Assembly (NCBI RefSeq): GCF_001194135.2
Contig: NC_068999.1
Location: forward strand, 5,348,031 to 5,400,750
Reading direction: 5' to 3'
Length of the DNA stretch: 52,720 nucleotides
Origin: Octopus bimaculoides
Taxonomy: Eukaryota
The position numbers and the translations under genes were made by a program. Shown piece after piece: positions 24,004 to 36,779 of this stretch. Every line of letters starts with the position of its first letter. Within the stretch, counting starts at the first letter, position 1. Below the pieces are notes generated by a model, which was not told the origin of the DNA, did no database searches, and was given only the letters and a program-made list of their open reading frames with translations.

Positions 24004-27000
24004 GCAAGTAGAACTGCTGCTGCTGCTGCTACGAAGAAATTAGAAGAAATGATGGTTAAACTGGATCTCTTGGAGGACAGCCATGTTGTCATGGTAGATT
24101 CTTTGAACAATAAAGAGGCTGCTTATGAGAAACTCGTGGACGACTATCAAATTATCAAAGATCGTTTAACAGAGAAAATTTCCATCTTAGAAAAATTCCA
24201 ACTTGAAAAGAACTCGTTAATTGAAAGCATTCAGTCGATGAATGAAGCAGAGTTAAATAGCCAAGCGGAATTAATGGATGTTGGTAAATTGTTAAGTGAA
24301 TATAAAAACCAGATTGATGAATTAAAACAACAGAATCACCTGGCCAGAGAAGAAAATTCCTCAACAAACGAAGAAGAAATTGCTGTCTTACAAAAGAATT
24401 TCTCTGAAAAGGAAGCAAAACTGCAAGAGGCTGAAGACAAAATTCTTGATTACACCAACCGAATTACAGAACTCCAAGGAACAAATGAAAACCTCCAACA
24501 TGAAAACCACAGTGTTTGTGACCAATATGAGAATTTGGTAAAATACAAAAATGATCTTGAAAACCAGTTAACAGCTTTGAAAGGAGATCTTCAGATTGTG
24601 GTTGAAGAACTGAAGCAAGCAAAGGAAGTGGTAGTAAATACCGAAACATTCAAACTTGAGTTGCAGGAAAAAGAAGCAGAATATTCTTCCTTATTGCAAA
24701 AATATACTGATTCTGCAGAAGTGGTAAGGTATCTTAAAGAGAAGGTCACGATGTTGGAATCATCCTCTGTCAAAGAATCCACTGATGCAGAAGGTTTAAA
24801 AGACGGCTCAGATTCTAACGTTTCTCTGAACGGTGCCGACCAGAAAGTTGACGAGGTCCACTTGGAGAATGCGAAAATGAAGTCAATGTTGGAACAGTTG
24901 CTGGAACAGAAGGAGATTGTGGAGTATGAGCTTCATGAATTGAAGGAAGAGACCGAATCTCAAAGAAACCTGTTGCTCAGCAAGACCGAACAGCTAAAAG
25001 AATGGGAAAACTTAATGAACATGATGAAGGAGGATAAAGAGAGGGCTTTGGTTGATTTGGAGGAGACGGAACAGCGAGAGCTTCATTGGCGGAACGAACT
25101 GGAATTTCTGATGAATTCATTGCATGAAGCATTGAACGAGAGGGACAGTCTACGTGAAGAGATGTTTAAATTGACCGAGAAGGACTGTTCTTCCATCGAT
25201 GAAATTAACAGAATGAAAAAGAAAGTGGAAGAAATAATTAATGAGAAATGTCGTTTGGAAGCCGAGTTGGTCCATCTTGAGAATGTGTTGCAGAGAACAC
25301 AGGCAGAGAAAGAGAATCTGGAGAGAGAGAAAGAGTCAATAACAGTTGTAATGCAGTTGGCTGAAGACCACGGGAGGGAAATGTCAGAAGAGAACAAGAA
25401 TCTTAAGGCTTTTAGTGAAAAATTGTCCTGCGACAAAGAAGAACTCACCAGAACTTTGACAGCTGCCCAAGAAGAATTGGAGGAGTTAAAAGAAAGAGAG
25501 AAAGAAACGGCAGAGTCCACTGAGAATATATACTGTCTTGAAGAATCTCTGCGTAAAAGCAGGGAAGAAAGTGAAGCGATTGAGAAAGAGAAATTAAAGG
25601 CATTGAGTCAATGTAAAATAAAAGAGGAATATATCGAAGATTTGGAGAAAGCTCTATCAGAGAAAAGTAGTTATGTTCAGGAACTTGAGACCAAAATTAT
25701 TGAATTGTCAAATTCTCTTTCTTCAATGAAAAGGAAATATGATGACATGAAACTAGAAAATGAAAAATCAGAACAAGTTTTGGAAGAAGCTTGGGTGGAG
25801 AAAAGTGAGACTCAGACAAGGTTGAAAGAGGGACTCTTGGAGAAGCAAAGCATTATTGATGATCTACAGAAGACTATCAGTAAGATGCACAGTGCCGCAA
25901 CAGAAGAAATGAAAATGGTTTATTCAGATAACGATCATTACAGAGTTAAAAATAATGCTCTGAAAAATTCATTCCAGCAATTAGAAGAGCAGCTGAATGT
26001 GGTGACCGAAGAGAAAATGGAACTTGCAAATAGTTTGGAAGAGAAACACAGTTTGAATTCTATCTTGGAAGAAAAATTGACCCTTGCCTGTCAGCAGAAG
26101 GAAGTGTTGATGGAAGAGAAAGAGAAGCTCATTAAAACGGTGCAAGAGTATGCAGAATCTCTGGAGTGTTTAACTCAGGAAAAACAGGAACTTGTTGAAT
26201 TGAGGGAAAAATTAAAACTCATTGAGATGAATAAGAAGAACATTGAAGATTCTGATAGTCATTCCAAAGAGATTTTGGAGAAATTTGAGTTTGAACTTCA
26301 GGAGAAAGACAAGAAAATGGAAGAACTTCAGGCTGAACTCTGCTCTGTGAGAGATGAAAATTCTAATATAGTTAAAGAAAACGATTGCCTCAAGAAAGAT
26401 CTCAAAGAACATACTGCAAGAGTTGATTATTTAACCGATCAACTTTCAACGTTGGATCAATTGAAAAACAGCCTCCAACTGGTCCAAACTGCATTTGAGA
26501 ATGAGAATGAGGAGCGGAAAAAACTGGAATCCAGTCAAGAGAAATTGGTAACCGAGAAAAAATTAATGTCTGAAGATTTTAGTGAAAAACTTGAACAGCT
26601 TAAGCAGGCATCAGATCAGCAGACGTCTGTGTTACGTGATGAAATGAACTCTTTGCAATCAGAACTTGTTGAAAAGGGAAAATCTTTTGATGAACTTTCT
26701 TTAGAGTTGAATGAGAAAACGGAATTATTGAAAGTAGCTGATGAAGAGATTGAACATTTAGAGAAACTGATAGATGAGAAAAATTTGGTAGTGGAAGATT
26801 TAAAGAAAGTCTTAAAAGAAAAATATGATTGTTTATCAGAACTTGAATCTAAACAGAAAGAACTTTGTACATTTAAAGAACAAATTAAAATATCTTCCGA
26901 AGAGGAATTGGTCAAATTAAGAACATGTCTTGAAACTTTAGAAGCCAAAACACGGGAAGATGCAGAAACAATAGGACAATTAAATACTCAACTTTCTACA

Positions 27001-28307
27001 GAAACAAAAGAGAAAGATTCTTTGAAGGAACAATTAGACAGAAATCTAACTGGAGAGGAAATACATCAAAAGAAACAGCAAGAACTTGAAATTTCTTTGA
27101 ATGAAAGCATATCAAAGACAGCCTCTTTAGAAGAATCGGTAAACAATTTCAAAGAATTACTTGAAAAGAAAGAAATTCTGTTAGAAGAAAAGTCGCAGCT
27201 AATCACTACGTTAGAGAATGAAAAACATTCTCTGAAACAGCAGCTGACAGAGAACCAACATCTTGTTGAAGAAGGAACAAATTCTGTGAGGAATGTTAAA
27301 GAAGATCTTAATAATGAAATTTCTAAGTCTGAAAATCTTCGCTGTGAGTATGACGAAAAGCTGTCTCAGCTGAATGGAACCATAAAAGAACTGTCAGATA
27401 AGGTTTCCTGCTATGAAGGAGAAATCCAGAAATTGGAAAGTTCCAAGACTGAACAAGGATCTAACTTGGAATCAACAACAAGTTCTGTGAAAGATTTGAA
27501 AGAATTACTTGAAAAGAAAGAAATTCTGTTAGAAGAAAAGTCGNNNNNNNNNNNNNNNNNNNNNNNNNNNNNNNNNNNNNNNNNNNNNNNNNNNNNNNNN
27601 NNNNNNNNNNNNNNNNNNNNNNNCATTCTCTGAAACAGCAGCTGACAGAGAACCAACATCTTGTTGAAGAAGGAACAAATTCTGTGAGGAATGTTAAAGA
27701 AGATCTTAATAATGAAATTTCTAAGTCTGAAAATCTTCGCTGTGAGTATGACGAAAAGCTGTCTCAGCTGAATGGAACCATAAAAGAACTGTCAGATAAG
27801 GTTTCCTGCTATGAAGGAGAAATCCAGAAATTGGAAAGTTCCAAGACTGAACAAGGATCTAACTTGGAATCAACAACAAGTTCTGTGAAAGATTTGAAAG
27901 AATTACTTGAAAAGAAAGAAATTCTGTTAGAAGAAAAGTCGCAGCTTATCACTACATTAGAGAATGAAAGAGATTCTCTGAAACAGCAGCTGACAGAGAA
28001 CCAACATCTTGTTGAAGAAGGAACAAATTCTGTGAGGAATGTTAAAGAAGATCTTAATAATGAAATTTCTAAATCTGAAAATCTTCGTTGTGAGTATGAC
28101 GAAAAACTGTCTCAGCTTAATGGAACCATAGTAGAACTGTCAGATAAAGTTTCCTGCTATGAAGGAGAAATCCAGAAATTGGAAAGTTCCAAGACCGAAC
28201 AAGTATCCAACTTGGAATCAACAATAAGTGCACTGAGAGAACAAGTAGAATGTTTGAGTTCAGATATTAAGACTGTCAAAGAAGAAGAGAAGCTGAAACA
28301 AGCTAGT
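24004..28307 (+). CDS. GCC2: GCC2 giant coiled-coil exon (~1300-1420 codons; contains an 80-N gap at 27544-27623)
   Basis: tttcag|GCA acceptor; ORFs 23977..27633 and 27684..28388 continue across the gap; AGT|gtaagt donor at 28308. Confidence 0.92.
27151..28225 (+). repeat. Coding tandem repeat, 348-nt (116-aa) unit; 3 copies as assembled, at least 2 real
   Basis: Unit start aaagaattacttgaaaag at 27151, 27499 and 27897. Confidence 0.95.
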
Positions 28308-29344
28308 GTAAGTATTGCAGTAATCCACCATGAGATGATCGTGTTGCTGTTATGTTTAAATCTAAATGAAATTGTTGGAGTCCATTGAAGGACTCTTATG
28401 TTGATGTCAGTATTAACTGTGAGATGATGATGATGATGGTGGTGGTTGTGGTGGTGACTCTTGATGAGTTGAGTCTGTGGCCCAGCTTCAGTTCCTTGTG
28501 GCCATGTTGCTTCCGATGTTTTTCTTGTGTATCTTCATGATGGCTTGACTGCTGTAACCTCATATTCTCTCTCTCTCATTCTCATTTATAATAAGTTATA
28601 CAGTTTTATACTTAATTTCATTGCAGTTCTTGGATGGATGGATGGTATATTCATTAATGTTCTGTGACTATGCTTTTGATAAAATTCAAGCAAAGTTGCT
28701 TCCAATGTAATCCTCCCCTACTCCCCCCCCCCACAAAAAAACAAACAAACAAAAAACAAACAACTAATTTGCATATGTCTATATGAAGTGAAAATTGTTT
28801 TTAGTAAAAATAGTCATTTAAGCTACAAAGGTTTTTGTTTTTGCTTTCAGAATTAATAGAAAGAAATGAAATGTTAATCAATAAATCAAAATTTTTTGAC
28901 TTACATGGAGATAAACCATAAATATAATTCTTGCACATGAGCATATACATATGTGCGTAGAATTTCTTGAGTTCTTGTGTCTAGAAGTTATCAGATCAAA
29001 TATCTGGAGAAACCAAAGAGCTGCATATATTTGGTTCATGTTCTGTAGCTNNNNNNNNNNNNNNNNNNNNNNNNNNNAATATACACACATACATACATAC
29101 ATACACACATGCACATACATATATATACGCACACACACATATATACACACATACATACATATATACATATATGCACATATATACATATACATACATACAT
29201 GCACATACATATACACACACATATATACATATACACACATATATACATATACATACATACATACACATACATATATATACACACACACATATACACACAT
29301 ACACACACATATACATATACACACATACATGTATACACACATAC

Positions 29345-29392
<48 letters not shown>

Positions 29393-29934
29393 CTAGATTG
29401 ACACAGCACCACCTTACTTGGTGTTGAACATGTCCACATCCTTAGGTGAATGGAGCCAAATCGGCGAAAATTTGACAGATTTAAATTTTAAAAAAATAGA
29501 GATTCGAGGTGAGAATATTCAAGCCTCCATTGGTAGTTCAGGCCCCATGAATTCTGTGACTAACACACACACACACACATATATATAATGTCATTTTTCT
29601 TACCTGAATTTCATTTATGCAAATTAGTTTGGTCATTAGTGTATTCTGTTCTTTTTTGCCTATGTCTAAGTATTTCATTTACTGATGACAGCTTTTTAGG
29701 TAGAAACAGGTGTCCACAGCTATTCTGTTGTTTTCTTGATACTTGAGATTATCTCCCCTTCTCATTAAGAGTCTCAGAAGGTCTACCTTCTCTGGAAGTG
29801 AAGCTAATTTTAATAAATCATCAGTTTGTCTTGTATGTTATTTAGTATACCTTTATTCATCTTTGTTGCTCAGCTGCATGTCACTGACCACTCAGAGTTA
29901 TTTCTCTTCGCACATTTTCATTCCATTTCATTTC

Positions 29935-29984
<50 letters not shown>

Positions 29985-30085
29985 NNNNNNNNNNNNNNNN
30001 NNNNNNNNNNNNNNNNNNNNNNNNNNNNNNNNNNNNNNNNNNNNNNNNNNNNNNNNNNNNNNNNNNNNNNNNNNNNNNNNNNNNN

Positions 30086-30130
<45 letters not shown>

Positions 30131-31163
30131 TATATATATAGGTATATATATAGGTATATATATATATGCTTATGTCTTATAGCTGTCAAGTATATGTTTG
30201 TACAGAAATGTTTGTGTATTGTAGATATAGTTTATATGTATACATCTACGCACACGCATGTGTGTGTCTGCGTGGATGTATATAGATGCGAGTATATATG
30301 AATGTCTTAATTATCATTCATTTTTGTTTTTTTATTGTGTGTGTTTTTGCTGCCATGTGATTTCCCTTTCATTGCTTATGATATGTTCTGATCTCCACGA
30401 CCGTCCTTCAGCTGATCAGTTTGTCCCTTTTTGCCTGTATCTTGCCAGCATGTTCACCTTTCACCAATTTTCTTCCAGTCTCTCTCATCCTTGCATTCTC
30501 ATTTAGTTGAATGCTTTATTTGTGTGTGGCACCCCCCCCCCCTCTTTGTGTTACTCCTTTCTGCCTTTCTTTCTCTCTCTCTCTCTNNNNNNNNNNNNNN
30601 NNNNNNNNNNNNNNNNNNNNNNNNNNNNNNNNNNNNNNNNNNNNNNNNNNNNNNNNNNNNNNNNNNNNNNNNNNNNNNNNNNNNNNNNNNNNNNNNNNNN
30701 NNNNNNNNNNNNNNNNNNNNNNNNNNNNNNNNNNNNNNNNNNNNNNNNNNNNNNNNNNNNNNNNNNNNNNNNNNNNNNNNNNNNNNNNNNNNNNNNNNNN
30801 NNNNNNNNNNNNNNNNNNNNNNNNNNNNNNNNNNNNNNNNNNNNNNNNNNNNNNNNNNNNNNNNNNNNNNNNNNNNNNNNNNNNNNNNGAAATGTTTGTA
30901 AACTAAAACTACTTTTCCTCATCAGAAATTCAAGAGAAGCCACAGCAAATTTGAGCTGAGATGTCCGCTTTGCAAAAGCTAGATAGCAACTGATGATTTC
31001 CTGCTGAAACTCTCAGCTTGTTGCCAACTGTTGTTGATGGCTTGTGTGTTCATTACTCGAGACACCATCTGTCACCTGAGATGTTTTAGGTTTTGAAAAA
31101 TTGTTTGCAAACCAATTTGTTCATGATGGGAGGTTGTCATAAACTGAGCTTCCATTGTGTACA

Positions 31164-31248
<85 letters not shown>

Positions 31249-31550
31249 TATCATTAAATCATAAATCCGAAAGAGAAGCTTATTCGAAGTTAGAGTAATT
31301 AGATAAAGATAGTTATGGTCAGTCTGTGTGGTGACCCAGTGTTTCATGTCCATAAAGCACTTAGCTTTAGAGCATTTCTTCAATCTCTAATCGCCTGGTG
31401 GCCTCATAATCATCATCATTTAGTGTCCATTTTCCATGCTGGCATGAGTTAGATGGTTCGACTGGAACTGGTCACAGAGAGAGAGAGAGAGAAAGAAAGA
31501 GAGTAAAAAACAAGTCCCCCCCCCCCACATAAATTGAAGTATAAAGTAGA

Positions 31551-31777
31551 GAAGTGAAAATGAACTTGGAGTCTTTAAGAAGATTTATTTACATTAGCAC
31601 AACTTGTTTTACAATTTCATGGTTTTCAAAAGTAGTGTCAGATAGCATGACAGTTTATATCATTGCTCGGTGTCCCTCCACCTCAAACTACTTTTTGAAT
31701 TGTAAAATGAAATTGTGAAAACAGTTACAATATTGTAAATAAATCTTCTTAAAAACTCCAAGTGCGTTTTCAACTTC
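31551..31777. repeat. Imperfect fold-back, ~86-91 bp arms with 50 nt spacer
   Basis: acttggagtctttaagaagatttatttaca versus tgtaaataaatcttcttaaaaactccaagt. Confidence 0.88.
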
Positions 31778-32844
31778 ATGTCTTTGTACGCATGCATGCA
31801 CACACTGACAGAAAGAGTGCATTAAAATTGCATTGGGCAGTGGAAAATTCAACATTTTAGACCAAGTCCTCCTTCAAGGAAAAGTTGATAGGAATGAAGT
31901 TCAGAAGGACAGTAGAGTTTTACATCCTTTATATTTAAGAGACTGGCTGCAACTTTTTCTTGAAGGAGGGCTCTATCCAAAATGCTGGATTTTTCATTCC
32001 TCACAATAATTTCACCGTACTCTTTCTGTTCATTTTTCTAATAATGCAAGTCTTGTGATGGAGACCACCACCAGCCTCTTTTGATTGTATTTTATCTTTT
32101 ATATATTTATCATCATCAAGATTTAACGCCTGTTTTTACATGCTGGCATGGGTTGGATGGCTTGACAGGAACTGGCAAGGCCAGGGGGCCACACCAGGTT
32201 CCATAGTCTGCTTTGGTTTAGTTTCTACAACTGGAATCCCCTTGAGTTTGTTCTCAGAGCTGGTCTTCATCCGAAGACTGCTTTCAGCAATTGACTTAAA
32301 ACATAACTGAGTATTTAATATGAAAATTTAAACTTGGTTAAGCATTCGCTCTTTCCTGCCCTAGCATTAAACCATTTAGTCCTTTAGTACACACATTCAC
32401 ACACACTGACAAATAGCTTAACACTCTCAACGGCAATTGGATTAGTTTGGTGTCAGTTGCTCTTTAATAATACATTAATTCTTATTGTGTTCAAACTTCT
32501 TTTTTTTCTGGCTAAACTAATTATATTTCCATGTGTCTAATAATAATATCAATAACAATAGTGATTACTGTTTAATAATTAACCACCACAGCAGTAGTAA
32601 TAATAATAATAGTAATAATAAGCTATTTACCTGCAGGCTTTTTGTTGTTGTCTCTAATCTTTTGTGTTATTTACCGCTGCTGCTGCTGATTCAGGATCCA
32701 TTTTGGTTGTTGGCAAAAATCTAATGAAATGAGAGAGATAATAAGTTTGGCTAATTAAACAACGAAGAAAACCCACTGGAAGTTTTTGACTGTGTCCCTT
32801 AAATCTGGGACTACTGGAGAACGAATTAGGAACTTATAAATAAG

Positions 32845-32990
32845 TCCCTTAACTCTAAGGCCACTGGACTAGCAGCCGAGGGTTTGTGATCCAATCCCTT
32901 AACTCTGTGGTTGCTGGATTAGTAGGTGGGAGTCTATGATCCAATCCCTTAACTCTAGGGTCACTGGATTAGCAGCTGGGGGTTTGTATC
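32845..32990. repeat. 50-bp tandem repeat, 3 diverged copies
   Basis: tcccttaactct at 32845, 32895 and 32945. Confidence 0.85.
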
Positions 32991-33004
32991 TGAGACTAAG
33001 CTCC

Positions 33005-33231
33005 TTAACTTTTTTGATACCAACCCACCAGAGACTGCCCCTTGTCCTATGGTTCAAACTCCATGTGTTAAAGCGATCTTAAAACCTTCCATCAGGAATT
33101 TTTTGTAAATTTAAGGTCTAAATACCATATTAATTAATAACAAACTTATTTTACTAAATTCTTCATTATTTTCAAAATTAATTGAAACAAACAAAGTGCA
33201 TTTCAACAGAAAATATGGTAACAAAAAGATT
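33005..33231 (-). mobile_element. piggyBac-like MITE family 1, degenerate
   Basis: Reverse-complement homologue of 43496-43725. Confidence 0.6.
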
Positions 33232-33469
33232 ATTATTATTATTATTATCATCATTATCACTGCGATGATGATGATGATGATGATGATGATAGCAAGCTGG
33301 CTGAAGCATTAGAATGTTGGAAAAATATTAAAAAAAATCCTTGCTGTATTTGTTCTAGTTCTTTACATTGTGAGTTCAAATCCTGCCGGGTTCAACTTTG
33401 CATTTTATCTTTTTAGAGTCTATAAAATAAAACACCAGTCATCGTTATTTTTTAATTCTGTCTTCCATT

Positions 33470-33770
33470 CTGCCACAGATTGGATGGTTTGACAGAGTGT
33501 GACAAGCCAGAGGACTGTGCCAAGTCCCAGTATCTGCTTTGACTTGGTTTCTATGGCTGGATGCCCTTGCTGACACCAACTCATTTCCAGAGTGTACCAG
33601 GTGATTTTCTTATGGTACCAAGTCTAGAGAGATTGAATTGTCTTCAGACAGGACCATATGTACCCCACAGCCCTACACTTTCTTTAATTGATTTACCAAT
33701 CATTTTACAAAGTGTACTGGGTGCTTTTGTCTTGGTACCAAACATGTCCCACGCCTTGGGTTAGCTGTCT
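33470..33770 (-). mobile_element. Degenerate RTE-family 3' UTR
   Basis: ttccattctgccacagattggatggtttgac...ggtttctatggctggatgccct. Confidence 0.6.
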
Positions 33771-34524
33771 TTCGTGTCATAACCAGTAAATAAAAAGGTA
33801 TTTCCTTCAGTTTCAATGATGACTATTCAGTTGTTTGATCTCAGCTGATTTATCTGCCCATTGAATTAGCATGTGAGTGGCTGAGTATTCCACAGACACT
33901 TGTGGTGTACCCTTTGTGTAATTCTCTGGCAGGAACCACATGACACTGTGCAATAGAAGGCTGGACCTTTAATTTCCAGATACAACCCCTCTAATGTGAT
34001 TCACCTAACTTCCATCTACCCTGATTCATTCACAAGGCTTAGATAAAACCAAAGCTGTTGTAAATGTCCTGTGCCCAAGATGCCACACTGCAGAACTGAA
34101 CCTAGGACCTTATGGTAGCAAAACAAACTTCTTAACCATTTAGCCATGCTGTTTCCATAGAAACCAGTTTAAGACAACTAAATAGACCGGTCCTCTGTTA
34201 TGTTTAGTTAATGTGTATTTAGGTTAATGTTTAACAAATAGTTACTGTTATTCAAAATAATGAAAGATGAAGACATCGTTATGTGTCAATGTTTGCGGCA
34301 TTAATTAGCTTTTGAATATCAGCTGTTGTATGAAGTGTTATTCCATTGAACCAATCATTAGTTCGAGATGATGTTGGTATTTGCTTTACTGCTGAGTAGA
34401 CTTTAGAACCGGTTTGTTGTGCTTTGCTTTTGATTTATTAGTTAGAAATTGATTTTTAAAAATTTATTTCTTTATTTGTGATGTCAGTCAACATAGACAG
34501 ATGTTTCTGTGTCTTAGGAAAACA

Positions 34525-35110
34525 TTAGCATAAAACGTGTTCTATCTTTAGTATAAAACTTGTTCTACCTTTAGCATAAAACTTGTTCTACCTTTAGTAT
34601 AAAACTTGTTCTACCTTTAGTATAAAACTTGTTCTACCTTTAGTATAAAACTTGTTCTACTTTTAGTGTAAAACTTGTTCTACCTTTAGTATAAAACTTA
34701 TTCTACTTTTAGTGTAAAACTTGTTCTACCATTAGTATAAAACTTGTTCTACCTTTAGTATAAAACTTGTTCTACCTTTGGTATAAAACTTGTTCTATCT
34801 TTGGTATAAAACTTGTTCTATCTTTGGTATAAAACTTGTTCTATCTTTGGTATAAAACTTGTTCTATCTTTGGTATAAAACTTGTTCTATCTTTGGTATN
34901 NNNNNNNNNNNNNNNNNNNNNNNNNNNNNNNNNNNNNNNNNNNNNNNNNNNNNNNNNNNNNNNNNNNNNNNNNNNNNACTTGTTCTATCTTTGGTATAAA
35001 ACTTGTTCTATCTTTGGTATAAAACTTGTTCTATCTTTGGTATAAAACTTGTTCTATCTTTGGTATAAAACTTGTTCTATCTTTGGTATAAAACTTGTTC
35101 TATCTTTAGT
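34525..35110. repeat. 23-bp minisatellite (gtataaaacttgttctaccttta), spans a gap
   Basis: Period 23 by direct reading; no spacers. Confidence 0.95.
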
Positions 35111-35180
35111 AAATTCACAAGTTCTGCGGACACTTGTTGGTCTTGTTTCCTATAAATCTTGTTTAGTGTCAATTCAGAAG

Positions 35181-35410
35181 GTGCCTGACCGCTTGGTTAG
35201 AGTGCTGCAGTTACGATCGTAGACCAGATGGAGTGATTCTTGGACTGGGCAGCACCTGAGCAAAACACATTCCATGTTGCTCCAGTCCACTCAACTATAA
35301 AAGAGCAACTCTGTGATAGACTAGCGTCCCATCCAGGGGGAATGTTATGATCTTGGTCACTTAGACTCTATGGAAATGGGGTAATTGGCCAGGTGAGTCT
35401 TAGGACTCAA
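35181..35410 (+). mobile_element. Degenerate SINE with a V-domain-like block
   Basis: tRNA-like head, gagcaaaacac...ttgctccagtccactcaact, then ctgtgatagactagcgtcccatccaggggg. Confidence 0.5.
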
Positions 35411-35544
35411 CAGAGAACTGCCCAATAATGTCGAGTAAACCCACAAGCAGGAGAGATGCTTGTAGGTCTTGTTTCCTATACAGCTTTTTCCATCTCTAGC
35501 AAACCCACAAGGAATACAGACCCTTTTCTTTTTAATATTGTTCC

Positions 35545-35932
35545 CTTAACCTTGGACCATAAGCGCCAGAGTGGCTGTGTGGTAAGAAGCTTGCTTCCCA
35601 ACCACATGGTTCCAGGTTCAGTCCCACTGCTTGGCACCTTGAGCAAGTGTCTTCTACTATAGCCTCGGGCCAACCAAAGCCTTGTGAGTGGATTTTGTAG
35701 ATGGATACTGAAAAAAGCCCATTGTGTGTTTGTGTTTGTATCCCCCACCATCGCTTGACAACCAATGTTGGTGTGTTTACATCCCCTTAACTTAGCTGTT
35801 TGGCAAAAGAGACTGATAGAATAAGCACTAAGCTTACAAAGAATTAATCTTGGGGGTCGATTTGTTTGACTAAAGGCGGTGCTCCAGTATGGCCACAGTC
35901 AAATGACTGAAACAAATAAAAGGATAAAAAGG
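35545..35932 (+). mobile_element. SINE family B, near full length
   Basis: Homology to 1849-2220. Confidence 0.82.
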
Positions 35933-36287
35933 ATAACCCTTGTGTTACCATATTGGTACACTTCCTTTGTTTCAATTAATCATGAGCGTTGGGCCTCATG
36001 GATGCAATGACAAAAGACAGAGACCTCTGGCATATTGCCCTGCTTGAGAAGAAGACCCATCAAGCCAAGTGAAATCGTAGTTGTGGCTGATACTGGTGTC
36101 ACGCAACTGGCACCAGGATTTGAACTCAAAGCAATGAAAGTTGGAACAAATACCACAAGGCATTTGTCTGATATTAATAATTCTTCCTTTTCTTGTGAGC
36201 GCTAAAATAGCCACAGGTACCTGTTGAGTACTGGAGTTGATATATCCAACTTAGCTACTCCCCTAAAATGATTTGTCTCGTTCCAAA

Positions 36288-36326
<39 letters not shown>

Positions 36327-36339
36327 GTTATTGTTATTC

Positions 36340-36515
36340 TGGGCAAAATGTTTAGCTGTATCTTGTCTGTCTTTACATTCTGAGTTCAAATCCTGCCAAG
36401 ATCAACTTTGCCTTTCATCATTTCGATGTCAATAGAATAAGTACCAGTTAAGTACTGGGGGTTGTAATCAACTTATCCCCCCCCCCAAATACTGGCCTTT
36501 TGCCAAAATTAAGTC
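36340..36515 (+). mobile_element. SINE family A, partial
   Basis: ctttacattctgagttcaaatcctgccaagatcaactttgcctttcatc. Confidence 0.7.
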
Positions 36516-36650
36516 ATTATTATTATTATTATTATTATTGATTGTATAAGAAAATGAAATGTTGTAAATAAATATTCTTTAGGCTGAGTTTTCGAAACTG
36601 AGGTGTCTGTAATATTTAAATCATATCGAAGGATAATTTCCTTTTTTTAG

Positions 36651-36779
36651 GCTGTTGAAAACATGGATGAGAAATTGTCTTCATTAAAAGAGTCTTTGAA
36701 AGAGAAAGATGATTTGAACACCAAACTAAAGGCACTTGCTGTGAAAAGCAAAAAACAAGTGGAAGAGTTAAAGCATCAG
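36651..36779 (+). CDS. GCC2: GCC2 exon, 129 nt: AVENMDEKLSSLKESLKEKDDLNTKLKALAVKSKKQVEELKHQ
   Basis: tttttag acceptor, CAG|gtatgt donor; KLKALAVKSKK resembles GCC2 KIKLVAVKAKK. Confidence 0.92.

Noticed and set aside
27544-27684. Frameshift, pseudogenisation or a second gene at ORF 27684..28388
   Set aside because: The frame change lies in an N gap whose estimated size is off by 50 nt relative to the repeat unit
30926-31000. catcag acceptor after a gap as an extra GCC2 exon
   Set aside because: Stops in all frames before any donor; exons 28307 and 36651 already join in phase
34525-35110. CRISPR-like array (also 42192-42467 and 32845-32990)
   Set aside because: Head-to-tail units without unique spacers, no cas genes, eukaryotic intron context
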